Assembly: GCA_902797265.1 (NCBI GenBank)
Contig: CADBSF010000060.1
Span: forward strand, 1 to 50,622
Length of the DNA: 50,622 nucleotides
Direction of reading: 5' to 3'
From: an uncultured Erysipelotrichaceae bacterium
Lineage (GTDB): Bacteria; Bacillota_I; Bacilli_A; RF39; UBA660
The first letter of the stretch is position 1; every line of letters starts with the position of its first letter. Both the position numbers and the translations under genes were made by a program. Below are positions 27,627-38,166 of the stretch, piece by piece. The notes under the pieces are model-generated. The model was given only the letters and a program-made list of their open reading frames with translations. It had not been told where the DNA came from and made no database searches.

Positions 27627-29165
27627 TTATTTATTAACATCAATTCTCATAAATAAAGGAGTAGGATTTCCTAATTCATAGGAATTATCAGAACAAACTC
27701 CTAATTGCTTACAAGTTTGATTTAATTGTTGAAATATCTTTTCACTTGTATCAGGTAAGAAAGGTTCTAACAAAACACTAGATACACGAATAGATTCCAA
27801 CAAATGAAATAATACTGTTTCTAATCGATCCTTCAAATTCTCATCTTTGGCAAGTATCCAAGGAGTAGTCTCATCGATATATTTATTACTTGCTCGAAGT
27901 AAAGAGAAGATTTCACTTAAAGCATCACTAATTTGTAAATCATCCATTTTTTTCGTAACTCTTCCATCTAAAGAATTGATTTGTTGAAGAAAATCAGTAT
28001 CAATTTCTTCTATAATATTTTTATTTGTAATCTTTCCTTCAAAGTATTTATTTCCCATTGAAATCGTTCTTTGAACTAAATTACCTAATATATTAGCTAA
28101 ATCTCCATTAATTCTTTCAATTAATAATTCTTTCGTAAAAATACCATCAGAAGAAAAAGGTATTTCATGTAAAAAATAATATCTAACAGCATCAACACCA
28201 AATTCATTAACTAAGTCATCAGCATAAATTACATTTCCTCTAGATTTACTCATCTTTCCATCACTCATAATTAACCAAGGATGACCAAAGACTTTTTTAG
28301 GAAGAGGAATATCTAAACTCATTAAAAAACAAGGCCAATAGATCGTATGAAAACGAATAATATCTTTCCCTATTAAATGAAGATCACAAGGCCATTTATA
28401 AGAAAACTCTTCTGTTTCATTAGAAACATCATATCCTATATTAGTAATATAGTTCGTTAACGCGTCTAGCCAAACATAAACAACATGTTTAGGATCAAAA
28501 TCTACAGGAATCCCCCAAGAAAAAGAAGTTCTAGAAACACATAAATCTTGTAATCCAGGTTTAATAAAATTATTAATCATCTCATTCTTACGAGACACAG
28601 GTTGAATAAATTCTGGATGCTCTTCAATATATTTTTCTAATTGATCTTGATATTTACTTAGTTTAAAGAAGTAAGCTTCTTCAGATTTTTTTTCTACTTC
28701 TCTTCCACATTCTGGACATACAAGTTTACCCTCTTCATTTTTAACAACTTGAGTTTCTGTCCAAAAAGCTTCATCAGGAGTACAATACCATCCTTCATAT
28801 TTACCAAGATAAATATCTCCTTTATCATACATATATTTAAAAATATGTTGAACTACTTTTTCATGATGTTCATCAGTAGTACGTACAAATTTATCATAAC
28901 TGGTATTCATAATATCCCAAATACGTTTAATCTCTTGAGCTTTCTCATCAACAAACTCTTTAGGAGATACATTAGCTTCTTTTGCTTTTATTTCAATTTT
29001 CTCTCCATGTTCATCTGTACCTGTTTGAAAATAAACATCAAAACCTTTTAATCTTTTAAATCTAGCAATTGCATCTGCAAGTACAATCTCATAAGTATTT
29101 CCAATATGAGGTTTTCCAGATGTATAAGCAATAGCCGTAGAAATATAATATTTTTCTTTATTCAT
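27627..29165 (-). CDS. metG: methionine--tRNA ligase (short form, no C-terminal tRNA-binding domain)
   Basis: 512 aa. HIGH-type GKPHIGNTYE, zinc knuckle CPECGRE, and KMSKSRGN. Confidence 0.97.
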   Translation of the reverse strand: MNKEKYYISTAIAYTSGKPHIGNTYEIVLADAIARFKRLKGFDVYFQTGTDEHGEKIEIKAKEANVSPKEFVDEKAQEIKRIWDIMNTSYDKFVRTTDEHHEKVVQHIFKYMYDKGDIYLGKYEGWYCTPDEAFWTETQVVKNEEGKLVCPECGREVEKKSEEAYFFKLSKYQDQLEKYIEEHPEFIQPVSRKNEMINNFIKPGLQDLCVSRTSFSWGIPVDFDPKHVVYVWLDALTNYITNIGYDVSNETEEFSYKWPCDLHLIGKDIIRFHTIYWPCFLMSLDIPLPKKVFGHPWLIMSDGKMSKSRGNVIYADDLVNEFGVDAVRYYFLHEIPFSSDGIFTKELLIERINGDLANILGNLVQRTISMGNKYFEGKITNKNIIEEIDTDFLQQINSLDGRVTKKMDDLQISDALSEIFSLLRASNKYIDETTPWILAKDENLKDRLETVLFHLLESIRVSSVLLEPFLPDTSEKIFQQLNQTCKQLGVCSDNSYELGNPTPLFMRIDVNK

Positions 29166-29243
29166 GATAACACCTCCTATAAATCTAGATAAATAAAATA
29201 CAGAATAAATTATAAAACATCATAACATAGAAACTAAAAAGAA

Positions 29244-29894
29244 TCAATTTATATCATCATTTAATAATCTAGAATTATTCAAAGTAAATAAATATCGATC
29301 ATTTTGCTCCTTACAAGCATTTATTAATATCGTATCTTTAACCATTAACTTAATATCAATATTCTCAAGTAATTGTTTAAAATACTTTTTAAAATGATTT
29401 CTACAATCAACAATAATTTTATCACTTAATTCCTCGGAAATATCTTCCTTAAATAAAGAAGAAATTCCTTCTAAAATATTCTTTTCGAAAGACTCTTGAA
29501 TCACGTTTTTTATACTCTTTTTAATCTCTTTATTAATAGGAATAAAATCTTTCTTATTAATTTTTATCAATTCAGTAGAAGACTGATCAATAATATGATA
29601 AAAATGTTGAATACGATTTTTCTTTATATTTTCACATAAAGAAGAAAATGATTTTCGATAACAATCTAATTTTTTTTCTAACATTTCAGTATTAACAAGT
29701 AATTTATATCGTTTAGATATTTCTATAATCTTTACTTTCAATACATCCATTGAGTCTAATGGAGGTTTCTTAAATAAAGACATCATATCTTCATCAACTA
29801 AAATAGTCGTATTATTTAAAACAATATCTTTAACGGAATTTCTATAATTATTATAATGTTGTTTTTTTAATAGTTCTAAATCTTTACCATTCAT
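29244..29894 (-). CDS. hypothetical helical cytoplasmic protein
   Basis: 216-aa K/E/N-rich ORF with no TM and no motif I recognise. Codon usage matches its neighbours. Confidence 0.5.
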   Translation of the reverse strand: MNGKDLELLKKQHYNNYRNSVKDIVLNNTTILVDEDMMSLFKKPPLDSMDVLKVKIIEISKRYKLLVNTEMLEKKLDCYRKSFSSLCENIKKNRIQHFYHIIDQSSTELIKINKKDFIPINKEIKKSIKNVIQESFEKNILEGISSLFKEDISEELSDKIIVDCRNHFKKYFKQLLENIDIKLMVKDTILINACKEQNDRYLFTLNNSRLLNDDIN

Positions 29895-29938
29895 TATCTT
29901 ACACTCCTAGTATATTAACTTTAACAATAATCAAGTAT

Positions 29939-32900
29939 TTAGTCAATATCTTTTTGGTATTTAGATTGAATCATATCAAGTAAAGAAACAAGATAATAAA
30001 TAGGATGTTTATCTAGTTTAATAATATCTAAAATAATAACTAAATGATTCCCTTTACTACTAAAACGAAACATATTAGAAATAGAATAAGTTTCTACAAA
30101 TAAATCATCTACTTTAACATTCTTTATTATATCTTCAGGGAATACAAGTTCAATACTATTCTTAGTCTGATTAACATGAGATATTTTTAAAGCAGAAGCT
30201 AATTTTTCAAACCATTCTTCATACATATAAATTATTAAATCTTCAGATACTTTACCAAATCTATCTTCTAATTCAGTCTTAACCAATTGAAAAGAATCTT
30301 GATCTTTAACAGAATTAATCATTCGATGTATTTCAATCTTTAATTCATCTTCAAAAACATAAGAATCATCAATATGAGTAGTAACATCAATTAAATTTTG
30401 ATTAGTAGATTCTTCTTCAACATCATGAATTCCTTTTTGATGATTAATTTCATCTTGTAAGATTTTCAAGTATAAATCAATTCCAACACTATCAATAAAT
30501 CCAGCTTGTTCACTACCCAATATATTACCAGCTCCACGAATAGACAAATCTCTAGTAGCAATATTAAAACCACTTCCAAGTTCTGTAAATTCTTTTATAA
30601 CATTAAGTCTTTTTATAGCGGACTCAGTTAAACTCTTAAAAGGTTGATACATCAAATAAGCATAAGCAAATTTATCGCTTCTACCGACTCTTCCTCTAAT
30701 TTGATATAACTGACTTAATCCAAAATGATCAGCATCAAAAATAATTAATGTATTAACATTAGGAATATCAATACCTGTTTCAATAATAGTTGTACAAATC
30801 AAAATATCAAATCGATTATTAACAAAATCATAGATTGTATTCTCTAATTCAGCTTTATTCATTTTACCATGAGCAATTCCAATTCTAGCATCAGGAACAA
30901 GACTCTGAATATGAGTTGAAAAAGATAAAATAGATTGAACTTTATTATATAAAATAAACACTTGCCCATTTCTAGATAATTCTTTATAAATTGCGTCCTT
31001 CACAATCTGCTTACTTTCTTCAACAACATAAGTTTGTACAGGAAAACGATTGATTGGTGGTGTTTCTATTAAAGATAAGCTACGAATTCCTGATAAAGAC
31101 ATTTGTAAGGTTCTAGGGATAGGAGTTGCAGTTAAGGTAAGTACATCAACATTAGTTTTATATTGTTTAATTTTTTCTTTATGAGTAACTCCAAATCGTT
31201 GTTCCTCATCGATAATTAATAATCCCAAATCTTTAAGAACAATATCATTACTTAATAATCGATGAGTTCCAATTACAAAATCAATTGTTCCATCTTTTAA
31301 TCCTGAAAGAATTCGATTAGTTTCTTTAACAGTAGTAAATCGATTTAATAAAGCAATAGAAACAGGATAATTTTTAAAACGAATCAAAGCATTATCATAA
31401 TGTTGTTTCGATAAAATCGTAGTAGGACACAATAATAAGACTTGTTTTGAATCTAAAATTGCTTTAAAAGCCGCAACAAAAGCAACTTCAGTTTTTCCAA
31501 AACCAACATCTCCACATAATAATCGATCCATTGGTTTAGAAGATTCCATATCCTGTTTAATTTGAGAAATAGCTCTAACTTGATCAGCCGTTAATTCATA
31601 AGGAAAATCATTTTCAAAACTAACAGAAAGATCACAATCTGGAGAAAAAGCAAATCCTTTTTTGGAATCTCTTTCTGCATATAATTGAATCAACTGATTA
31701 GCCATATCAACAACTTTAGCTTTTACTCGAGATTTTGTTTTTTGCCATTCTGTACCACCTAATTTATGAATAACAGGAGTAAAACCATCACGAGAAGAAT
31801 ATTTTGATAAACTATCAATTTTATCAACAGGAACAAATATTTTATCATTATCTCGATATAATAATTCTAAATAATCTTTAGTTACAGAATGAAAAGTAAT
31901 AGATTTAATTCCATTATAAATACCAATACCATGAACATCATGAACAACATAATCTCCTATTTCCAAATTATTTAAATCTTTAATAGAAGAAGAATATTTA
32001 AATTTAGAAGAATATTTCTTTTTCTTATCTTGAGTATAAAATAATTCAGAAGAAGATAAAAATACAAAATTAGATATCATAAACCCTTGAGAAAGATCCA
32101 TATCTATAAAATTAATTTTATGAGATTGAAAATTAGAAAAAGTACTATCAACATATGAAATTTTCAAATGTTTCTTAAAAGTATCCTTTTTATAACTAGA
32201 TAAACAAATAAAAATAGTTTTATTTTGATTTAAGGAATCACTTAAAAATTTCTGAATAGCTTCCTCATTCTCATAAAAAGAAGAAATTGATTTTACTTGA
32301 AAATCTACAACGCTAGAATATTTAATATCAGATTCTAAATTATTAATAAAATTAGAATAGATTAAGAAAGAAGGAGATAATTCTTGAAAAGAATGCATAT
32401 AAGAAGAATGAAATTGATTATCTTTCTCTTTTTGAAATTCCAATGATTCATTAATGATATTTTGAAAAGTTACTAATAATTGCCCATAATCTACATAAAA
32501 AGTAAAACAATCTTCCATATAATCTAAAATAGAAGAAACGGAATTATAAATCGGTAAATATTTTTGTTTTCTAAAATGATCTGGAGATACTTCTACATCA
32601 TCAAAACATAAAAATTCTGAATAAGGACAAATTTCAATTGATTGAAAATTCGTTAAGGACTTTTGAGAGTTAGAATCAAAAGTACGAATAGATTCTATTT
32701 CATCATCGAAAAACTCAATACGAATCGGATTTGATTCTCGAACTGGAAATATATCTATAATATATCCTCTAACTGCAAATTCTCCAGTCTTAGTTACAAT
32801 AGTATCTCTATTATATCCACAAGAATACAACTGTTCAGATAGTTTTTTAGGAGATATTTTATCACCAATTTTCAAACGTATAATTGAACCAATATAACAT

Positions 32901-33262
32901 TTTTTAGAAGGTAAATATCTTAAATAACCCATCATATTGGTAATTACAATACATTTTTTATTTAAAACAGTATGAATAGTATCAAGTCGATTTAACATTA
33001 AATCAGGAGAAATAGCTAAAGCTTCACTCGTTAAAAAATCATCCATAGGAAATAAATAAACATCATCCATATAATTAATTAGAGAATTATAAAGTTTATT
33101 TGCTTCATATAAAGAAGAAACAACAATTAAAACATTTTTCCTTTTTTCTTGAAATAATTGAAATAAATAGAAACAAAAAAATTCATCGGTCATATTAACT
33201 AGACCCATGTCTTTTTTTAAATCAAATAGAAATAAATCATGAAATTCTTTCATATAAATCAC
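29939..33262 (-). CDS. mfd: transcription-repair coupling factor
   Basis: 1107 aa. UvrB-like N-terminus, RNAP-interaction domain (GDYVVHDVHGIGIY), and helicase motifs GDVGFGKTEVA, DEEQRFGV, GRVGRS. Confidence 0.97.
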   Translation of the reverse strand: MIYMKEFHDLFLFDLKKDMGLVNMTDEFFCFYLFQLFQEKRKNVLIVVSSLYEANKLYNSLINYMDDVYLFPMDDFLTSEALAISPDLMLNRLDTIHTVLNKKCIVITNMMGYLRYLPSKKCYIGSIIRLKIGDKISPKKLSEQLYSCGYNRDTIVTKTGEFAVRGYIIDIFPVRESNPIRIEFFDDEIESIRTFDSNSQKSLTNFQSIEICPYSEFLCFDDVEVSPDHFRKQKYLPIYNSVSSILDYMEDCFTFYVDYGQLLVTFQNIINESLEFQKEKDNQFHSSYMHSFQELSPSFLIYSNFINNLESDIKYSSVVDFQVKSISSFYENEEAIQKFLSDSLNQNKTIFICLSSYKKDTFKKHLKISYVDSTFSNFQSHKINFIDMDLSQGFMISNFVFLSSSELFYTQDKKKKYSSKFKYSSSIKDLNNLEIGDYVVHDVHGIGIYNGIKSITFHSVTKDYLELLYRDNDKIFVPVDKIDSLSKYSSRDGFTPVIHKLGGTEWQKTKSRVKAKVVDMANQLIQLYAERDSKKGFAFSPDCDLSVSFENDFPYELTADQVRAISQIKQDMESSKPMDRLLCGDVGFGKTEVAFVAAFKAILDSKQVLLLCPTTILSKQHYDNALIRFKNYPVSIALLNRFTTVKETNRILSGLKDGTIDFVIGTHRLLSNDIVLKDLGLLIIDEEQRFGVTHKEKIKQYKTNVDVLTLTATPIPRTLQMSLSGIRSLSLIETPPINRFPVQTYVVEESKQIVKDAIYKELSRNGQVFILYNKVQSILSFSTHIQSLVPDARIGIAHGKMNKAELENTIYDFVNNRFDILICTTIIETGIDIPNVNTLIIFDADHFGLSQLYQIRGRVGRSDKFAYAYLMYQPFKSLTESAIKRLNVIKEFTELGSGFNIATRDLSIRGAGNILGSEQAGFIDSVGIDLYLKILQDEINHQKGIHDVEEESTNQNLIDVTTHIDDSYVFEDELKIEIHRMINSVKDQDSFQLVKTELEDRFGKVSEDLIIYMYEEWFEKLASALKISHVNQTKNSIELVFPEDIIKNVKVDDLFVETYSISNMFRFSSKGNHLVIILDIIKLDKHPIYYLVSLLDMIQSKYQKDID

Positions 33263-33828
33263 CTATTCTTTTGATTATATTTACTCATTAAATCAGAAAA
33301 AGGTAATACAAAATAATCATCCATTACATTTACCAAATCATGAAATACATGATTTAAATTATCTAATTCATCCTTTTCAAATTTACTTAAGACGTAATTT
33401 TTCATGTTCATTGATTTATCTTTTGAAATACCAATTTTAAGTCTTTTATAAGAAGTAGTTGATAAACAACTCTCTATATTTTTTAAACCATTATGTCCAC
33501 CACTAGATCCACCAGATTTAAGTTTAAAATTTCCAATAAAGATATCCATATCATCAGAAATAATAAGTAAATCATCAATAGAAGCATTATAATAATTTAA
33601 AAATTGGGAAACACATATTCCAGATAAATTCATATAAGTTAATGGTTTAATAAAAAGAACTTTTTCTTTAAATAGTATTGTAGAATAATATTCTCCATCA
33701 AAAGATTTCTTCCAATTAACATCGAAACCTTTTTCTTTTAAGTAATAATCAACAAAAGAAAAACCAACATTATGTCTAGTTTTTTCATATTCTTTTCCAG
33801 GATTACCTAAACCAACAATAATTTTCAC
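33259..33828 (-). CDS. pth: peptidyl-tRNA hydrolase
   Basis: Conserved N-terminus (M)KIIVGLGNPGKEYEKTRHNVGF begins at the GTG at 33826-33828, 5 nt after the rsmI stop. The longer track ORF (to 33894) overlaps rsmI. Confidence 0.9.
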   Translation of the reverse strand: MKIIVGLGNPGKEYEKTRHNVGFSFVDYYLKEKGFDVNWKKSFDGEYYSTILFKEKVLFIKPLTYMNLSGICVSQFLNYYNASIDDLLIISDDMDIFIGNFKLKSGGSSGGHNGLKNIESCLSTTSYKRLKIGISKDKSMNMKNYVLSKFEKDELDNLNHVFHDLVNVMDDYFVLPFSDLMSKYNQKNR

Positions 33829-33832
33829 ATTA

Positions 33833-34672
33833 TCACTTCTTTCTATGATATTCACTATAAATAATAGATTTAGAAACTCCTCTTTCTTTCGCAACTCTCT
33901 TTAAAGCATCTTTTTCATCCATACCATCATCTAAATATAGTTTAACATGTTCTAGTACAGTTAATTCAGAAAAATCATAAAAAGTAGTATTTCCCTTTAC
34001 AACAATTACAAATTCCCCTTTTAAAGAAGAAACAAAAGGAAGAATATTAGAAATAGTATCTCTATGAATTTCTTCATATACCTTTGATATTTCTCGACAT
34101 AAAGCAATCTCTCTATCACCAAATACTTCTTTAATATTGAATAGAGTATTTTCCAAGCGATGAACAGATTCATAAAAAATAATTGTATATGGAAGAGATT
34201 TTAAAGAATCTAATTCCTTTAATTGCTTAGAATTCTTAGAATTCAAAAATCCATAAAATAGAAAAGGAGAAGGATCAATACCAGACATTATTAAAGCAGG
34301 AACAAATGCAGTAGGACCAGGAAGTCCAATAACATGAAAACCAGCTTGAATTACTCCCCTTGAAATAAGAAAACCAGGATCACTAATAATCGGTGTACCT
34401 TGATCTGTTACTAATCCAATATTATAACCTTCTTTTAATAAAGAAATTGCTTTATCCACAACTTCATTTTCGTTGTATTCATGGCAACTTATTAATTTTT
34501 TATTAATATCATAATTTTTTAATAATACTCCAGTATCTCTAGTATCTTCACAAAAAACAAAATCAACCATCTTTAAAATATTTAATGATCGAATTGTAAT
34601 ATCTTCCAAATTACCAATAGGTGTTGGTATTAAATATAAAGAAGGCGAATCATCATAACTTCTTTGAATCAT
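33833..34672 (-). CDS. rsmI: 16S rRNA (cytidine1402-2'-O)-methyltransferase
   Basis: 279 aa. LYLIPTPIGNLEDIT, FCEDTR, GTPIISDPG, and FYESVHRL motifs of the tetrapyrrole-methylase-like RsmI family. Confidence 0.92.
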   Translation of the reverse strand: MIQRSYDDSPSLYLIPTPIGNLEDITIRSLNILKMVDFVFCEDTRDTGVLLKNYDINKKLISCHEYNENEVVDKAISLLKEGYNIGLVTDQGTPIISDPGFLISRGVIQAGFHVIGLPGPTAFVPALIMSGIDPSPFLFYGFLNSKNSKQLKELDSLKSLPYTIIFYESVHRLENTLFNIKEVFGDREIALCREISKVYEEIHRDTISNILPFVSSLKGEFVIVVKGNTTFYDFSELTVLEHVKLYLDDGMDEKDALKRVAKERGVSKSIIYSEYHRKK

Positions 34673-35397
34673 AAAATAACCTCCTCTTGTAATTTTAAAT
34701 ATTCTTCAGTAATACTACCATCAAGATTATATAAAATCAATGGTTTATCTATTTTTAAACCAATATTTCCAGATTTCTGACCCTCAATTAAAACTAAATT
34801 AGACATAGTATGAATATTTTCATAAATAAATTTAATTCTTTTAGGCTCAATATTTGCTTTTCTAAATTCCTCTATAATTTCAATCAAACGATCACTTCTA
34901 TGGACAAGACAAAAAGTACCATGTTCTTTTAATACTTTTTTTGCACAGGTACATAATTCATTTAAATTTAAATAGATTTCATGTCTAGCCACTCTTTTTT
35001 CATAAGAATTATGAAAAAAATTAACATCTTCAACTTTAAAATAAGGAGGATTACATAAAACTAAATCAAATTCATCTAAATGATGAAGAGAATAGTCTTT
35101 TATATCCTTACATTCTATAGTTATTTGATTTTCTAAATGATTATATAAGATAGTCTCATTAGCTAAATCACATAATTTTGATTGAATTTCTACTCCAATT
35201 ATAGGTTTATTAGTACGTCTAGATAAGATTAAAGGAATAATTCCATTTCCCGTACAAAAATCAACAATCATTTTATCTCGATATCGAACTGTTGAATAAT
35301 TTCCTAAAATAATACTATCTAAAGAAAAAGAAAAAAATTGAGAATCTTGATAGATTTTCATATTTTTATATCCTAATACATCATCTAATCGTTTCAT
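34669..35397 (-). CDS. trmN6: tRNA (adenine-N6)-methyltransferase (YabB/TrmN6-like)
   Basis: 242 aa. SAM site DFCTGNGIIPL and catalytic NPPYF. Sits between ricT and rsmI as B. subtilis yabB does. Confidence 0.75.
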   Translation of the reverse strand: MKRLDDVLGYKNMKIYQDSQFFSFSLDSIILGNYSTVRYRDKMIVDFCTGNGIIPLILSRRTNKPIIGVEIQSKLCDLANETILYNHLENQITIECKDIKDYSLHHLDEFDLVLCNPPYFKVEDVNFFHNSYEKRVARHEIYLNLNELCTCAKKVLKEHGTFCLVHRSDRLIEIIEEFRKANIEPKRIKFIYENIHTMSNLVLIEGQKSGNIGLKIDKPLILYNLDGSITEEYLKLQEEVIL

Positions 35398-36182
35398 TTT
35401 TTATCATTAGAAACAATAACAGTTCCTTTATCTCCTAAATCAATCGTATATGTTTGATGAAAAATATCTAATGATATTACTTTTCCCATCCCTAAAGGAG
35501 ATTCAGCCATCATTCCTATTTTAGGAAGATCATTTTTTAATTCAGTATAATTATCATTCTCAAATCCTAAACAACATAATAATCTTCCACAAATACCATT
35601 AATTTTAGTAGGATTTAATACTAATAATTGATTTTTTGCCATATTAATAGATACACTATTAAAATCAGTTAAAAAAGAATTACAGCATAAAAATAATCCA
35701 CAAGGTCCTACGCCACCTATTCTCTTAGCCTTATCTCTAACACCAATTTGTCTTAATTCAATTCTTGTTTTATATTTTGAAGCTAACTTTTTAGCTAACT
35801 CTCTAAAATCAATACGATTATCAGAAAGAAAATAAAATAATAATTGACTTTTATCAAAGAAATAATAAGAATCAACAAAATTCATATCAAGATTCAAAGA
35901 AACACTTAATTCTCTCGCTTCACTTAAAGCTTTTTTCGCAACTTCACTATTCTTTTGAATCTGTTTTAAATCATTCTTAGTCGCAATTCTTAAAACATTA
36001 CCAAGAGGAAAATTTAAATTACTACTTTTTTCAGAATATAATTCCTTACATACTCTACCACATAATAAAACTCCATCGTTATCAAAAATAACAATATCAC
36101 CTTTATGTAATTCTAAATCATTAGGTAAAAGATAGTAAAAACTATCTAATTCTTGAACTTTAACACAAACAACCTCATTCAA
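35394..36182 (-). CDS. ricT: PSP1-domain regulatory iron-sulfur protein RicT (YaaT)
   Basis: 262 aa. PSP1 core with Cys cluster GGVGPCGLFLCC...GICGRLLCCL. Follows holB. Confidence 0.88.
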   Translation of the reverse strand: MNEVVCVKVQELDSFYYLLPNDLELHKGDIVIFDNDGVLLCGRVCKELYSEKSSNLNFPLGNVLRIATKNDLKQIQKNSEVAKKALSEARELSVSLNLDMNFVDSYYFFDKSQLLFYFLSDNRIDFRELAKKLASKYKTRIELRQIGVRDKAKRIGGVGPCGLFLCCNSFLTDFNSVSINMAKNQLLVLNPTKINGICGRLLCCLGFENDNYTELKNDLPKIGMMAESPLGMGKVISLDIFHQTYTIDLGDKGTVIVSNDKK

Positions 36183-37037
36183 TTAAATCACCTCCAAAAT
36201 TATTTTTGAATAAAAAGAATCCAAAAATAACTTAAAATTAACATTATATTCTAAAACTTCTTTCTCTTTTTCAATAATTGAAATAATTGATAATAACTTT
36301 TCTTTTTTAATACCATTAAGAATAGATAAGATATTATCAGGAATTACATCACTATTTAAGGAATAAAAAGAATAATAATAAGAAATAATTATTTTCTCAA
36401 CATTATCAATTTGAGCAAGAAAAGTATTTTTATCGATAAAAATATGATTAGAAATATAATTATAATGAACAAAAAAATCACTAGGATTTTTTAAATAAGA
36501 TAATAATGAAGTAACATCTTCATCTATATAATAATCATTTTTATATTCTATTAAAGATAATACTTGGCATCTTGATAAAATAGTATCAAGAACATGAAAT
36601 CGATTATCAGTAAGCAAAAAAGCAATAATATCTTCTTCAGGTTCTTCCAAAAATTTCAAAATAGAATTACTAGAAGCTTGATTAAACTTTTCAGCATTCT
36701 TTATTATATATACTCTTTTACCACCCAATAAAGATTTGTTTTTAAAATCTCTTTGTAAATCAATCAATTGATTCTTTTTAAAAGTATTACCATCAGGTTC
36801 CAAAATAAATAAATCAGGATAATTATTAGAATCAATTAAAGATACAATAGAATTACTAGAATCTATTTTATCATAAGTAACATTACATAAAATCATTTTA
36901 ATAAAAGAAAGAATATAAGAAAAATCATTATCATAATCTTCAATTTCTATCAAATAACTATGTGAAATTTTATTATGAATAACAATTTGATTAATACAAT
37001 CAATATAATTTTTCTTTATAATCGATAAATTCTCCAT
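36183..37037 (-). CDS. holB: DNA polymerase III subunit delta'
   Basis: 284 aa. ISHSYLIE (HAYLF-like), no intact Walker A, ILKFLEEPEEDIIAFLLT, and ILSRCQVL sensor region. Confidence 0.85.
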   Translation of the reverse strand: MENLSIIKKNYIDCINQIVIHNKISHSYLIEIEDYDNDFSYILSFIKMILCNVTYDKIDSSNSIVSLIDSNNYPDLFILEPDGNTFKKNQLIDLQRDFKNKSLLGGKRVYIIKNAEKFNQASSNSILKFLEEPEEDIIAFLLTDNRFHVLDTILSRCQVLSLIEYKNDYYIDEDVTSLLSYLKNPSDFFVHYNYISNHIFIDKNTFLAQIDNVEKIIISYYYSFYSLNSDVIPDNILSILNGIKKEKLLSIISIIEKEKEVLEYNVNFKLFLDSFYSKIILEVI

Positions 37038-37043
37038 AAAACC

Positions 37044-37229
37044 TCACAAAAAATATAATTTAAAAATAATTAATAAAATAATTCCAGCAAAATCAAAAAA
37101 ATAAACAAACAATATAGTAATTAGATTAATTGGAATCATAATAGAATTATTTAAAAAATAATAATTAAATAGAAATAAAAATAGAAAACTAAACATTAAC
37201 TTAAGAATCATTTTTTTCATATATTTCAC
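37044..37229 (-). CDS. bofA: BofA-like small membrane protein (pro-sigma-K processing inhibitor family)
   Basis: 61 aa with two TMs. NNSIMIPINLITILF matches the BofA G..G..VPINLVT motif. Downstream of recR, as in B. subtilis recR-yaaL-bofA. Confidence 0.5.
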   Translation of the reverse strand: MKYMKKMILKLMFSFLFLFLFNYYFLNNSIMIPINLITILFVYFFDFAGIILLIIFKLYFL

Positions 37230-37259
37230 CTAAAATAAATATACGAAAAAAAGAAAGAA

Positions 37260-37853
37260 TTATTCAATTAATTTTCTATCAGTTAAAGCCCTCTCTAAAG
37301 TTAAACTATCAAGATACTCCATATCTGCACCAATAGGAACACCACTAGCTAATCGAGTAATTTTAACATCTAATCCCTCTAATATTCTTTTTATATATAA
37401 GGCTGTTGTTTCTCCTTCTATACTTGGTTTAAGAGCAAAAATAATCTCATCAAACTTTTCTTTCTGAATACGATCTAATAATTTAGGTAAACCAATATCT
37501 TCTGGATTAACACCATCTAAAGGAGATATCAAACCATCCAATACATGATATTTACCATGAAACATACCATTTTTTTCAAATAAAAATACATTTTTAGAGT
37601 CTTCCACAACACACAATATATTAGTTCTAGTAGAATCAGAACATATATAACAACAATCTTTATCTGTTAAAAGATTACAATTATTACATTTATGAATCTT
37701 ATTATGAACATCAATTAAACTACTAGAAAACAATTCTAATTGTTCTTTTTCTAAAGAAAATGTTGAAAAAGCTAGTCTTTCAGCAGTTTTTTCCCCAATC
37801 CCTGGTAAAGTTTTAAAAGACTCTATTAAATATTTTAGACTATCAGGATACAT
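37260..37853 (-). CDS. recR: recombination protein RecR
   Basis: 197 aa. HhH (LPGIGEKTAERLAF), Cys4 finger CNNCNLLTDKDCCYIC, and a Toprim domain. Confidence 0.97.
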   Translation of the reverse strand: MYPDSLKYLIESFKTLPGIGEKTAERLAFSTFSLEKEQLELFSSSLIDVHNKIHKCNNCNLLTDKDCCYICSDSTRTNILCVVEDSKNVFLFEKNGMFHGKYHVLDGLISPLDGVNPEDIGLPKLLDRIQKEKFDEIIFALKPSIEGETTALYIKRILEGLDVKITRLASGVPIGADMEYLDSLTLERALTDRKLIE

Positions 37854-37858
37854 AAGAA

Positions 37859-38152
37859 TTAAAACAAACCTGGAATATTTCCATATTTACCTAATTTTTT
37901 TTCAGTCATATCATCAATTTTCTTATTTGCTTCATTTACCGCAACAACTATCATATCTTCTAAAGCTTCAACATCATCTTTATCTAAAGAATCCATATTT
38001 ATTTCTACCTTAGTTAATTCTTTAGATCCTTTCATTGTTACTTTAACAAAAGAACTTTCTCCAGTAAATTCAGTTGCATCAATTTCATTTTTAGCTTTTA
38101 ACATATCTTTTTGTAAAGCTTGAGCTTGCTTTAACATTGCTTGCATATTCAT
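37859..38152 (-). CDS. ybaB: nucleoid-associated protein YbaB/EbfC (YaaK)
   Basis: Start set at the ATG at 38150-38152, behind GGAGGTG. MNMQAMLKQAQALQKDM is the family N-terminus. Lies between dnaX and recR. Confidence 0.93.
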   Translation of the reverse strand: MNMQAMLKQAQALQKDMLKAKNEIDATEFTGESSFVKVTMKGSKELTKVEINMDSLDKDDVEALEDMIVVAVNEANKKIDDMTEKKLGKYGNIPGLF

Positions 38153-38166
38153 AGGTAACACCTCCA

